Below are positions 52,907 through 64,000 of a DNA stretch of 64,000 nt, in pieces (positions within the stretch are counted from its first letter, which is position 1; every line of letters starts with the position of its first letter). The DNA lies in assembly GCF_006345805.1 (NCBI RefSeq), contig NC_043026.1, forward strand, positions 10,354,001 through 10,418,000, written 5' to 3'. The notes under the pieces were generated by a model. It was not told the origin of the DNA. It did not search any database and saw only the letters and a list, made by a program, of their open reading frames with translations. This stretch comes from Octopus sinensis (Eukaryota). The position numbers and the translations under genes are program-made.

Positions 52907-53421
52907 CCGATATCGAGTCTGGTGTGAAATTTAAAATTTACTGAAATAACCTCTGACCGCTGACATCAAGGGCTTGTAAAGGAACTGGTTGTGTCTTTAC
53001 ACTGTTTGGGTGCAACACAATTTCCTTTCTTTTGTTTCCAGAAACTACCAGTCAGGAACAAGAACGCAACCGTAAAAATATATGACTCTTTATTTTCTTA
53101 TTTACATAAAGAAGACACGTTGGTATATTGGTAACCACTTGGTGTCGGTACAGCAAGGCTGAAGTTTAACACTTGTAAGATGAACCTCACAACCAATTCA
53201 GCAGGAACAGAGCAGGTCAAATCCCAAGCATCTGGGACAGGAGAATAGGCTGATCACACGTCTTCTCTCTTCAATAGCCGTGTCTCAAATCACCGACGCT
53301 AACAAGGAATGCGATAGAATTTTTTCCCCCAGTTTTTAGCACATGTGCATGAGGGAACTTCCAGCCCCGCACACGCACACTGAAGAATGACGTCACTACA
53401 AGGGCTTGTGAACTGCTGTTG

Positions 53422-53926
53422 GGATCTTTTCGGTTTGAACGGCAGTTTTTTCTAGCGGTGTCATATGAAATTGCCACCCATAATTATGACCATAAACAAA
53501 TTCTACCAGTATACGAAGTTTAAAAGTGTGGTACTACTACATAAGACTGGACCCGGTGCGCGCTAGCTAGTCGTAAGTAGTCGATCCTACAACGACTTGC
53601 GCGTATGCAAATGAGTTGATTTTACAGAATAAAATAACAGAAGTTTTTAAAGAAAGTAAATAAATTATTTATTAGAACAATGTATATGATTTTTTTTACA
53701 CAAATCAAATAAAATGTGCGATATATTCTTTTAGTTTTTAATCATGTGTGTGTGTGTGTATATATGCACAACTCATTTGCATACGCGCAAGTCGTTGTAG
53801 GATCGACTACTTACGACTAGCTAGCGCATGTGCGCGCACCGGGTCCAGTCTTCGTTAGTAGTACCCTAAAAGTGTTTAGTTACGTGGAAATTATTTTAAA
53901 AACTGCCGGTCAAACCGAAAAGATCC
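53422..53926. mobile_element. GGATC-family MITE, internally deleted, host of a nested element
   Basis: ggatcttttcggtttgaacggcag / ctgccggtcaaaccgaaaagatcc. Confidence 0.85.
53530..53865. mobile_element. GGTAC-family MITE with 8-9 bp TSD
   Basis: TIRs ggtactac / gtagtacc; taaaagtgt duplicated at 53521-53529 and 53867-53875; the host sequence is uninterrupted in other copies. Confidence 0.85.
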
Positions 53927-54330
53927 GAAAGAAACACAGAAAATAAAAGATAGGGAGACGAGAAAGTATATCCATCTCCCAAACTTGTAATGTTGTTTTA
54001 ATATCTTAATATAATTACTGTATCCTGGAAGGTTTTCACGTAAGGCCTTTTATGTAAAAGCATTGTCTACTTACCTCTTTCACAACGAATCACTTATGTC
54101 AGGTTTTTAAGAAATCGTCCAGTTTCAAGTTTGAAGTTTCCTCGAGGTTCATTCATAAACTTCTTCCAAATAAGTTCTGGGTTTAGCTTCACTTTTTTTA
54201 AGCCGTGAATTCGTATCTTCGAATTCGCATCGGGGTAATAAACTGAACACACGCCTGATTTAATACTTTCGGATCATTTCGGTTTGAACGGCAGTTTTTT
54301 TTAAATAATTTCCACGTAACTAAACACTTT

Positions 54331-54754
54331 GGCAATCTTTCGTCTCTAGTAGACCTTTCCGTCGATTTCCGTAAAAAAATTTTTTTTTTTCATATGGGCT
54401 TGCGGGAACTTTTGAAGTAATGAGAGCGAAAGAGACTAAGAGAAAGCGATTGTATGACGAGGGAAGTTCTTTTGAAGTTACCGTGCATGGCAAGCATTGA
54501 TGGACATGTGTGTGTGTGTGTGTTTGATGGGGTGTGGGAGACAGACAGTATGTTGTGTAAGTGAAGTGCCTCTGTTAGTGTGTGAAGAGACAGAGAGAGT
54601 AATGTGTGAAAGAAAGAGATAACTGAAATTTTTTACTCGGTGTATGTGTATATGTATGTATATTAGTTCAAAAGTTCCCGCAAGCCCATATGTAAAAAAA
54701 AAAAAAATTTTTACGGAAATTGACGGAAAGGTCTACTAGAGACGAAAGATCGCC
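54331..54754. mobile_element. MITE, GGCGATC family
   Basis: Long TIRs; abuts a truncated GGATC end at 54275-54330. Confidence 0.9.
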
Positions 54755-54945
54755 ATCGATCATTCGGTACTAGTAACTTAGCTGTCACTTATAAACCCAC
54801 GCGGGTTTATTTACATTTCTGAAGTAAAAAGAAACCCTTCCCCCCACATATATAAAAAAACATTTACAGAAAGTGACGATCTTCTTCAAATGTAAACAAG
54901 TACACGTGACGTAAACGGGATTCATATCGTAAGAATGCCATATAT

Positions 54946-55562
54946 AGTGGCTGTGTGGTAAGTAGCTTGCTTACCAACCACATGGTTCCGGGTTCAGTCC
55001 CACTGCGTGGCATCTTGGGCAAGCGTCTTCTGCTATAGCCCCGGGCCGACCAATGCCTTGTGAGTGGATTTGGTAGACGGAAACTGAAAGAAGCCTGTCG
55101 TATATATGTATATATATGTATGTGTGTATATGTTTGTGTGTCTGTGTTTGTCCCCCCACCATTGCTTGACAACCGATGCTGGTGTGTTTATGTCCCCGTA
55201 TGGGCTTGCGGGAACTGTTGAAGTAATGAGAGCGAAAGAGACTAAGAGAAAGCGATTGTATGACGAGGGAAGTACTTTTGAAGTTACCGTGCATGGGAAG
55301 CATTGATGTACATGTGTGTGTGTTTGATGGGGTGTGGGAGACAGACAGTATGTTGTGTAAGTGAAGTGCTTCTGTTAGTGTGTGTGAAGAGACAGAGAGA
55401 GTCCATGCACGGTAACTTCAAAAGAACTTCCCTCGTCATACAATTGCTTTCTCTTAGTCTCTTTCGCTCTCATTACTTCAAAAGTTCCCGCAAGCCCATA
55501 TGTAAAAAAAAAAATTTTTTACGGAAATCGACGGAAAGGTCTACTAGAGACGAAAGATCGCC
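54946..55562. mobile_element. SINE-A (54946-55200, +) fused to a rearranged GGCGATC MITE (55200-55562)
   Basis: Junction near ccccgtatgggcttgcggg. Confidence 0.75.
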
Positions 55563-55770
55563 ATGGGGTCGATGTAATCGACTTAATCCCTTTGTCTGTT
55601 CTTGTTTGTCCCCTCTGTGAGTAGTAAAGAAATATATATTTTCCAGCATATCTCAAAGCGATTCATGTTAATGTTCTCCAAATATATTCTCTCCTTATAC
55701 TAAGATAGGTTTCAGCACAGTTTCAAATCAAAATACTTACAAAAGAAAATCAAAACTTGGAAGAAATTAC

Positions 55771-56756
55771 GGATCTTTTCCTTTTGAACGGCACATGTCA
55801 ATACAATTTCTAGTTAACTAAACACTTTAAAACTTCGTATACTGGTAGAATTGTGTCAAAATAAAACATTTTTTTCTCTTGGCTTTCCTGATAAAATTGT
55901 AATTCGTGTCACCGGCTGGCCCCCGTGCCGGTGACACATAAAAGCACCGTCCGTTCGTGGCTGTTTGCCAGCTCTGTCTGGCCCCGTGTCGGTGGCATGT
56001 AAAAAACACCCACTACACTCGTGGAGTGGTTGGCGTTAGGAAGGGCATCCAGCCGTAGAAACACTGCCAGATCTGACTGGGCCTGACGAAGCCTTCCAGC
56101 TTCACAGACCCCAGTTGACCCGTCCAACCCATGCTAGCATGGAAAGCGGACGCTAAATGATGATGATGATGATGATGATGATGTTTGTTTAACGTAGTTT
56201 AATTTTTCGAATTTTAACCAATCAATTGCTGCGTCTAAAACTGAGACAACATCCTGTCACTAATCCTAATTTTTTTCTTCTTTATTGTTAAATTAATTTA
56301 AGGATAACAATTAAGAAAAAAAAACGAAAGCAATGGAAAATAATTTAATTCTATAATCTTATACACACGCTTTCCGTATACGTACGGAAAGCGTGTGTAT
56401 AAAATTATAGAATTATTTTGTTTGTTAATTGTTTAAATTATTTTCCATGGCTTTCGTTTTTTTTACACGTGTAACAATTAAATTAATTTAACAATTAAGA
56501 AAAAAAAAATTTAGGGTTAGGGTGAGGGTTCGTGACAGGATGTCTCAGTTTTAGACGCAGCAAATGATTTTAGCTCAATAGAGGCGATAGGATTGGTTAA
56601 AATTCGAAAAGTTAAACTTACAAATTACAATTTTCTCAAGAAAGCCAAGAGAAAAAAAGGTTTTATTTTGACACATTCTACCAGTATACGAAGTTTTAAA
56701 GTGTTTAGTTAACTAGAAATTGTGTTGACATGTGCCGTTCAAAAGGAAAAAGATCC
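55771..56756. mobile_element. Fold-back GGATC-related element with 8-bp TSD and a nested RTE tail (55905-56182)
   Basis: TSD gaaattac at 55763-55770 and 56757-56764; arms are symmetric about tttccgta-tacg-tacggaaa near 56380. Confidence 0.85.
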
Positions 56757-56892
56757 GAAATTACTTTTATTAAGAACATCAGAGGTAAGTTATCATACCA
56801 ACACAGAGATGGCTGTAGTGCGATAAAACAGAGTTGGAAGGCTGTTACAAAACACCACTGTATCTCCTTTCCAGTATGAAGACATTCATAGC

Positions 56893-57150
56893 GTGGAGGC
56901 ACATGGCCTAGTGGTTAGAGCAGTTGTGGGATCGCGGGTTTGAATCTCAGACCGGACGGTGTGTGTGTTTATGAGCAAAACACCGAAGCTCCACGCGGCT
57001 CCAGCAGAAGGTAATGGCGAAACTTTTGCTGACTCTTTTGCCACAACTTTCTCTCACAGCTCACCTGCGATGGACCGTCGTCCCGTCCAGGTGTGGAACC
57101 TATACACCGGGAAACCGGCCTTTATGAGCCAGACATGGCTCAAGAAGGAA
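56893..57150 (+). mobile_element. SINE-C-related element
   Basis: ggaggcacatggcctagtggttagagcag..gggtttgaatctc head. Confidence 0.7.
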
Positions 57151-57418
57151 CAAACAACATTCATAGTGGTTATAGATGTGTTCAGTATTTTATTTTACAT
57201 AAAAGGAATTTTTAGAGTAAAACATTATCCCAACAGGGCAAGTAAAGGGTTTGGCATCAACAAATGCCAAACAGCTGTAAAAGACGGACCAAAAAAATGG
57301 GAGACACATTGAGTGAATTTGTTACTGTCATGGCTAAAAGGCAGAAGGTTACCCTTACATTAAATCAAGCTTAATATGGTTGTCCTTATTATAAGTTTTG
57401 ACTTTGATGCAGTTGTAC

Positions 57419-58738
57419 TTATATATGGGTAGATGCATGTTTATTTAACTTACGACTTTCAGAGAAAGATTTACCACAGATATCACAGTGATATGGCTTC
57501 TCTCCCGTATGAGTACGTTTGTGCACAATTAAGTCACTACTTCGAGAGAATGATTTTCCACAGATATCACATTCATACGGCTTTTCCCCTGTATGAATAC
57601 GCTTGTGAGAAGTTAAAGTTCTAGTTGTAGAAAATGATCTGCTACAAATATCACAATGATATGGTTTTTCACCTGTGTGAATACGTTTGTGGCAAGTTAA
57701 GTTATAACTTTGAGAGAATGATTTATCACAGATATCACAATGAAATGGTTTCTCTCCTGAATGAACACGTTTGTGTTTAGTAAAGTCGCTACTTCCAGAG
57801 AATGATTTACTACAAATATCACAGTGAAATGGTTTCTCCCCTGTATGACAACGAATGTGTCTAGTTAACGTACTAAATTTGTAAAATGATTTACCACAGA
57901 TATCACAGAGATATTGCTTGTCACCTGTATGAAAACTTTTGTGCTCAGCTAAGTAACTACTTACAGAGAATGATTTACCACAGACATCACAATGATATGG
58001 TTTCTCTCCTGTATGAACAAATTTGTGTCTTGTTAAGTCACTATTTGCAGAGAATGATTTGTCACAGATATCACAGTGAAATGGTTTCTCAGCGGCATGA
58101 ATATGTTTGTGTCTGGTTAACTGGCTACTTACAAAGAATGATTTACTGCAGATATCACAATGATATGCCTTCTCTTCTGTATGTGTACGCGTGTGTTTAT
58201 TTAAGTTACTACTTGCAGAGAATGATTTACCACAGATATCACAACAGTAAGGCTTCTCTCCTGAATGAATACGTTTGTGAGTAGTCAAGTGATAATTTCG
58301 AGAGAATGAGTTACCACAGATATCACAATGATGTGGTTTCTCCCCAGTATGAATACGTTTGTGTGAATTTAACACAGTACTTTGAGAGAAGGATTTACCA
58401 CAGATATCACAATGGTATGGCTTCTCCCCAGTATGAATGCGAATGTGCTTATTTAAGTCAATATTTTGAGAGAAGGATTTGTCACAGATATGACAGTGAT
58501 ATGGCTTCTCTCCTGTATGAATACGTATATGCATTGTTAAGTTATTACTAACAGAGAATGATTTACCACAGATATCACAACGATATGGCTTCTCACCAGT
58601 ATGAAGACGTTTGTGTCTACTCAAACTGCTTCCCAGAGAGAATGACTTTTCACAGATTTCACATTTATATGACCCTTCCCGTCTCTTTTTTATCACATCT
58701 CCTGGTAAAATCAAGTCAAGTTTTTCACTCTTTTCCAT
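57419..58738 (-). CDS. ZNF7: C2H2 zinc-finger protein, short N-terminus plus 15 intact fingers
   Basis: 439-aa ORF beginning MEKSEK; acceptor-like tttcag ending at 59052. Confidence 0.9.
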   Translation of the reverse strand: MEKSEKLDLILPGDVIKKRREGSYKCEICEKSFSLGSSLSRHKRLHTGEKPYRCDICGKSFSVSNNLTMHIRIHTGEKPYHCHICDKSFSQNIDLNKHIRIHTGEKPYHCDICGKSFSQSTVLNSHKRIHTGEKPHHCDICGNSFSRNYHLTTHKRIHSGEKPYCCDICGKSFSASSNLNKHTRTHTEEKAYHCDICSKSFFVSSQLTRHKHIHAAEKPFHCDICDKSFSANSDLTRHKFVHTGEKPYHCDVCGKSFSVSSYLAEHKSFHTGDKQYLCDICGKSFYKFSTLTRHIRCHTGEKPFHCDICSKSFSGSSDFTKHKRVHSGEKPFHCDICDKSFSQSYNLTCHKRIHTGEKPYHCDICSRSFSTTRTLTSHKRIHTGEKPYECDICGKSFSRSSDLIVHKRTHTGEKPYHCDICGKSFSESRKLNKHASTHI

Positions 58739-59098
58739 TATTTTACTTCTGAAATCACAAAATCTATTTTTCTTGTTTTTGTCCTTATAATCTTTTTCAC
58801 TCCAGTTTTACCTCTGTCCAATAATTCTTTTGTAAATTTATCCAAGTTTAATCAGCACAGAAACTCCAGCCAGTGATGTATGAAAATTTTGTTAATAATA
58901 ATCTCAGTTCAGAGAAAATATTTCACAGAAATCTACAACAGATTTATAGAACCAGTGCTGTATATCTACTTTGTATATCATTCTCTTCCGGTCTTTAAAG
59001 ATGATAAATATTGAGGATGTATCTTGAGTTATGTCAGTGTCATCTGATTTTCTGAAATAATAAAGAAACAACAGTGTAAGATAAAGAGACTGCCTTAA

Positions 59099-59320
59099 CC
59101 CTTTAATCCTTTCAATACCAACCCGACTGAAACCGGCTCTGAGTACAAATGTCTTGTTTTCATAAGTTCTGAATTAAAATCTTCCACCAAACCTTAGTCA
59201 CAATTTATGTTCCTAACACCAGCTTAATGATAACTAAGTTATTTTACTAAATTCTTTATTATATTTAAAGTAATTGAAAGAAACACAGAGCATCCCAAAA
59301 TAAATACAGTAACGAAAGGG
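59099..59320. mobile_element. piggyBac-type MITE in the ZNF7 intron
   Basis: TTAA at 59095-59098 and 59321-59324; paralogs show the empty site gaggctatTTAAaaaatacag (about 26230-26250). Confidence 0.88.
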
Positions 59321-59504
59321 TTAAAAATACAGATTCAATAGTGGAAAATTTACATTCCTATAAACTTTAGAAATAAGCATTTAGCTGAAAAAACCAAACT
59401 TTTAAATTTATTAAAATTTACATCACAGAATGTTGTGTGTGGCTTAAAGCCTTACCTTTACTATTGGCACCTCCGGACTCCCTCTTTATATAATTAAGGG
59501 ATTG

Positions 59505-59912
59505 TGGTCTTGGCTGTGTGGTAAGTAGCTTGCTAACCAACCACATGGTTCCGGGTTCAGTCCCACTGCATGGCACCATGGCCCAAGTGTCTTCTACTAT
59601 AGCCTCGGGCCGACCAAAGCCTTGTGAGTGGATTTGGTAGACGGAAACTGAAAGAAGCCCGTCGTATATATGTATATATAAATATGTATGTTTGTGTGTC
59701 TGTGTTTGTCTCCCCTAGCATTGCTTGACAACCGATGCTGGTGTGTTTATGTCCCCGTCACTTAGCGGTTCGGCAAAACAGACCGATACAATAAGTACTG
59801 GGCTTACAAAGAATAAGTCCCGGGGTCGAGTTGCTCGACTAAAGGCGGTGCTCCAGCATGGCCGCAGTCAAATGACTGAAACAAGTAAAAGAGTAAAAAG
59901 AGTAAAAGAGTA
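59505..59912 (+). mobile_element. SINE family A (full)
   Basis: Homology to 5704-6108. Confidence 0.85.
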
Positions 59913-60033
59913 TATCTCATAAAGCACATGCATACACTTGTATTTTGAGTAGGCCGATATGTTGTAACTGGTTTATATTAAAGAATAAAACTGTCGGAGT
60001 CTGTATAGTTTTACTGACTCTGACTCCAGCTTG

Positions 60034-60291
60034 GGTACTACCTAAGAAGAGTGGTCCCGGTGCGCGCACTCGCATTCTCGCGCATCCGCGTTAGCTAGTC
60101 GATCCTTACTTTGTGTTTTTGTTTTTCTTTACTTTGTTTTAGAAAATTATTTACTTTGTGTAAAAAAATGATTTATTTTGTGTTTTATTTACTTTGCTAG
60201 GTAGTCGTTGTAGGATCGACTAGTCACGACTAGCTAGCACGGATGCGCGAGTACGCGACTGCGCGCACCGAGACCACGCTTCTTTAGTACC
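60034..60291. mobile_element. GGTAC-family MITE
   Basis: ggtacta / tagtacc termini and shared subterminal repeats; no clear TSD. Confidence 0.75.
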
Positions 60292-60794
60292 TGTCCTTGA
60301 AGGTTGCAACCGTTGCAATTTACCATTTTAGCCAAATGATAGAGGAGTTGCAGCGACCAGTGTAGGGGTAATTTGAAATTGGGTCCAGGGGATAATTTGG
60401 AATCGATTCCTGATTACTGAGAGGAAACGATAGAGAGTGTAGAAGGTAGCTTCCACTGCTAGAAAGAGCAACCAGATCGCGCACAAATCATAGACATCTC
60501 GGTGCTAATGTAGAATCATTTGTCCCCGCAGGAGTCGTGGACGCTCCTTTGCGGGGGTGTCATGTCCGAGAGTGTTTGTCTTCGTTTTGTGACTGGCTCA
60601 CGTACTGGAAGGCGGGTCCAGTCGTCCCTCGCCCTCAGCCCCGCGGTGGTTAGTGCAGGGTACTTAGAAGCTCGATGCGCGCCTAGCTTCGGGGATCCTA
60701 TGGAGGGAAACCTGATTATATATACACTTTAGATGAGCTGTAGTGCACCTGAGCACTGTACACAATTATTATTATTATTATTATTATATAAAAA

Positions 60795-61050
60795 TACAAG
60801 AGGCACAAAGAATCGACACGTCAAAAACTGGACATTATTAAAAAGAGTAAAGATTTTTCACAGTTTAATACTTACGGAAATGTATGATGAAGGACCGTGT
60901 CGTTAGAAGCGTATGTGACAGTTGAGAAATGGATTATAAATATGCATCGTAAGTTTTATAAACTCAATTAAAAGTCAATTAAGAGCAGCCCAAGCACTGA
61001 GACAATCTTTTGTTAGGATGGAAACGGAAGTTTGTTCACTGCGCATGCGC
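60795..61050 (-). promoter_or_regulatory. Putative promoter/first exon of ZNF7
   Basis: Perfect TGCGCATGCGC at 61040-61050, CGGAAGT at 61025-61031, donor GTAAGTAT at 60875. Confidence 0.65.
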
Positions 61051-61242
61051 GTCTCTTTTACGTACCATACTTACGGCAGCTAACTCCTCGCGTTGCGGCC
61101 TTTCTTTCGGTATCGGTGCGCTTTAACTTACGTCGACAATCCGAAAATCCACGTGAGATGCGAAACAAAAAAAAAAAAAAAAGGAAATTAAAAAGGGTTT
61201 ATTTTTTGTCTGTTTTAATACGTGGCTTCACATGTATTTTAA

Positions 61243-61647
61243 GGATCTTTTCGGTTTGAACGGCAGTTTTTTAAAAATAATTTCCACGTAACTAAACACT
61301 TTTAAACTTCGTATACTGGTAGAATGTGTTTATAAAACATCTTTTTCTCTTGGCTTTATTGAGAAAATTCTATGGTTTGTAAGATATTTGTTGTTTTTTT
61401 TCTTCAATTTCAACCAATCAATGACGTCTATTGAGGTGAAAACATTCTGTGCCGTATGAATATGTCCCTCGTTTAAGAAACAGATTGGGTTTATTTACAT
61501 TTGTGAAAAAAAAAAGATAACCTTCTCCCCACCTCTAACCCTAAAACAGATTGAAATGCAATAGATCGATACTAGGGTCATAATTATGGGTGATATTTTC
61601 ATATGACACCGCTAGTAAAAAAACTGCCGTTCAAACCAAAAAGATCC
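61243..61647. mobile_element. MITE, GGATC family (full)
   Basis: ggatcttttcggtttgaacggcag / ctgccgttcaaaccaaaaagatcc. Confidence 0.9.
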
Positions 61648-61782
61648 CTTTTTCCTCTGAAAATATTTGCCTTTTGTTTTTACTGTTAAGGCTCCTCTCA
61701 TGGTTTTGAAGTGCGAAAGCAACTGACCAAAATTCGTCCAGAGGGGAATATGGGTGGGAGTAAGAAAATGAACTCGTCAGCC

Positions 61783-62018
61783 TCCCCTGGCACGTAAAAA
61801 GCACCCACTACACTCATGGAGTGGTTGGCGTTAGGAAGGGCATCCAGCTGTAGAAACACTGCCAGATCAGACTGGAGCCTGGTGCAGCCTCCTGGCTTCC
61901 CAGACCCCGGTCGAACCGTCCAACCCATGCTAGCATGGGTTGGACGGTTCAACTGGGGTCTGGGAAGCCAGGAGGCTGCACCAAGCCCAGTTTGATCTGT
62001 CAATGTTTCTACGGCTGG
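61783..62018. mobile_element. Two RTE 3' ends fused in inverted orientation
   Basis: Symmetric about catgctagcatg (61926-61937). Confidence 0.85.
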
Positions 62019-63463
62019 TGCTTTTATGTGCCACCGGCATGGGGGCCGGGCGAGGCTGGCAACAGCCACAAATGGATGGTGCTTTTTATGTGCCACCGAC
62101 ATGGGGGCCGGGCGAGGCTGGCAACAGCCACGAATGGATGGTGCTTTTTATGTGCCACCGGCATGGGGCCGGGCGAGGCTGGCAACAGCCACGAATGGAT
62201 GGTGCTTTTTATGTGCCACCGGCATGGGGGCCGGGCGAGGCTGGCAACAGCCACGAATGGATGGTGCTTTTTATGTGCCACCGGCATGGGGGCCGGGCGA
62301 GGCTGGCAACAGCCACGAATGGATGGTGCTTTTTATGTGCCACCGGCATGGGGGCCGGGCGAGGCTGGCAACAGCCACGAATGGATGGTGCTTTTTATGT
62401 GCCACCGGCATGGGGGCCGGGCGAGGCTGGCAACAGCCACGAATGGATGGTGCTTTTTATGTGCCACCGGCATGGGGGCCGGGCGAGGCTGGCAACAGCC
62501 ACGAATGGATGGTGCTTTTTATGTGCCACCGGCATGGGGGCCGGGCGAGGCTGGCAACATCCACGAATGGATGGTGCTTTTTATGTGCCACCGGCATGGG
62601 GGCCGGGCGAGGCTGGCAACAGCCACGAATGGATGGTGCTTTTTATGTGCCACCGGCATGGGGGCCGGGCGAGGCTGGCAACAGCCACGAATGGATGGTG
62701 CTTTTTATGTGCCACCGGCATGGGGGCCGGGCGAGGCTGGCAACAGCCACGAATGGATGGTGCTTTTTATGTGCCACCGGCATGGGGGCCGGGCGAGGCT
62801 GGCAACAGCCACGAATGGATGGTGCTTTTTATGTGCCACCGGCATGGGGGCCGGGCGAGGCTGGCAACAGCCACGAATGGATGGTGCTTTTTATGTGCCA
62901 CCGGCATGGGGGCCGGGCGAGGCTGGCAACAGCCACGAATGGATGGTGCTTTTTATGTGCCACCGGCATGGGGGCCGGGCGAGGCTGGCAACAGCCACGA
63001 ATGGATGGTGCTTTTTATGTGCCACCGGCATGGGGCCGGGCGAGGCTGGCAACAGCCACGAATGGATGGTGCTTTTTATGTGCCACCGGCATGGGGGCCG
63101 GGTGAGGCTGGCAACAGCCACGAATGGATGGTGCTTTTTATGTGCCACCGGCATGGGGGCCGGGCGAGGCTGGCAACAGCCACGAATGGATGGTGCTTTC
63201 TATGTGCCACCGGCATGGGGGCCGGGCGAGGCTGGCAACAGCCACGAATGGATGGTGCTTTTTATGTGCCACCGGCATGGGGGCCGGGCGAGACTGGCAA
63301 CAGCCACGAATGGATGGTGCTTTTTATGTGCCACCGGCATGGGGGCCGGGCGAGGCTGGCAACAGCCACGAATGGATGGTGCTTTTTATGTGCCACCGGC
63401 ATGGGGGCCGGGCGAGGCTGGCAACAGCCACAAATGGATGGTGCTTTTTATGTGCCACCGGCA
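62015..63463 (-). repeat. 62-bp GC-rich minisatellite, about 23 units, derived from an RTE 3' UTR repeat
   Basis: Unit ggtgctttttatgtgccaccggcatgggggccgggcgaggctggcaacagccacgaatggat; homologous to the reverse complement of 55905-56010. Confidence 0.95.
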
Positions 63464-63824
63464 CTTATATATATATATATATATATATGTGTATATATAT
63501 ATAATTAAATAATAAGGGTAGGTAGAAATTGATATTAATCAATTAAAACCAGTGGCTTAGCATATTTAAAAGAATCCGAAGATTAAAAATTGAGTTACAT
63601 ACAAAATTAAGAGGAATGACCACTAAAGTGGACACCTAATATGCTAAACATAGACGTCAAATCGCCATTACCACGAAGAATGTGTTCTCAAGAAAAATCT
63701 CAGCAAAACACCAAAATTTAAAAATGAGAATAAATTCTTCATGATAATGGCGATTTGACGTCTATGTTTAGCATATTAAGGGTCCACTTTAGTGGTCATT
63801 ACTCTTAATTTTGTATATATATAT

Positions 63825-64000
63825 ATACTCTTTTACTTGTTTCAGTCATTTGACTGCGGCCATGCTGGAGCACCGCCTTTAATTAAGCAACTCGACCCCG
63901 GGACTTATTCTTTTGTAGGCCCAGTACTTATTCTATTGGTCTCTTTTGCCGAACCGCTAAGTGACGGGGACGTAAACACACCAGCATCGGTTGTCAAGCA
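63825..64000 (-). mobile_element. SINE family A 3' half (runs off the window)
   Basis: ctcttttacttgtttcagtcatttgactgcggcc... Confidence 0.85.

Noticed and set aside
61935-63512. ORFs of 525, 522 and 359 aa
   Set aside because: Produced by a stop-free 62-bp tandem repeat cycling through all frames; not a gene.

Overview
AT-rich, repeat-dense animal genomic DNA. The SINE/RTE repertoire and zinc-finger style suggest an Octopus-like coleoid cephalopod (recall, not a database result). The core is a cluster of C2H2 zinc-finger arrays, labelled here ZNF1 (+, 3531-4832) and ZNF2-ZNF7 (-, 24.8-58.7 kb), with no recognisable KRAB/BTB/ZAD effector domain, plus three relic fragments. The paralogs are built from a reusable unit: a GCGCATGCG promoter block with a splice donor, an intron minisatellite seed, a small UTR exon and a terminal ZF exon. 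Five paralogs share one extra T (TTT-TAA-A) in their first finger; removing it restores a perfect C2H2 finger. Nested later lesions show stepwise loss of the N-terminus while the downstream arrays stay open. Between the inverted ZNF1/ZNF2 pair lie a deleted Gypsy element and about 7.5 kb (11.9-19.5 kb) of decayed, tandemly amplified coding-like DNA resembling NHL-type beta-propellers. The remainder is a dense TE mosaic: several GG..CC MITE families with 8-9 bp TSDs, a Merlin/IS1595 transposase remnant, piggyBac-type TTAA MITEs, non-autonomous Helitrons, RTE and CR1/L2 LINE fragments, three tRNA-derived SINE families, four minisatellites and many fold-back structures. All homology calls are by eye, and TE boundaries without a TSD are approximate.
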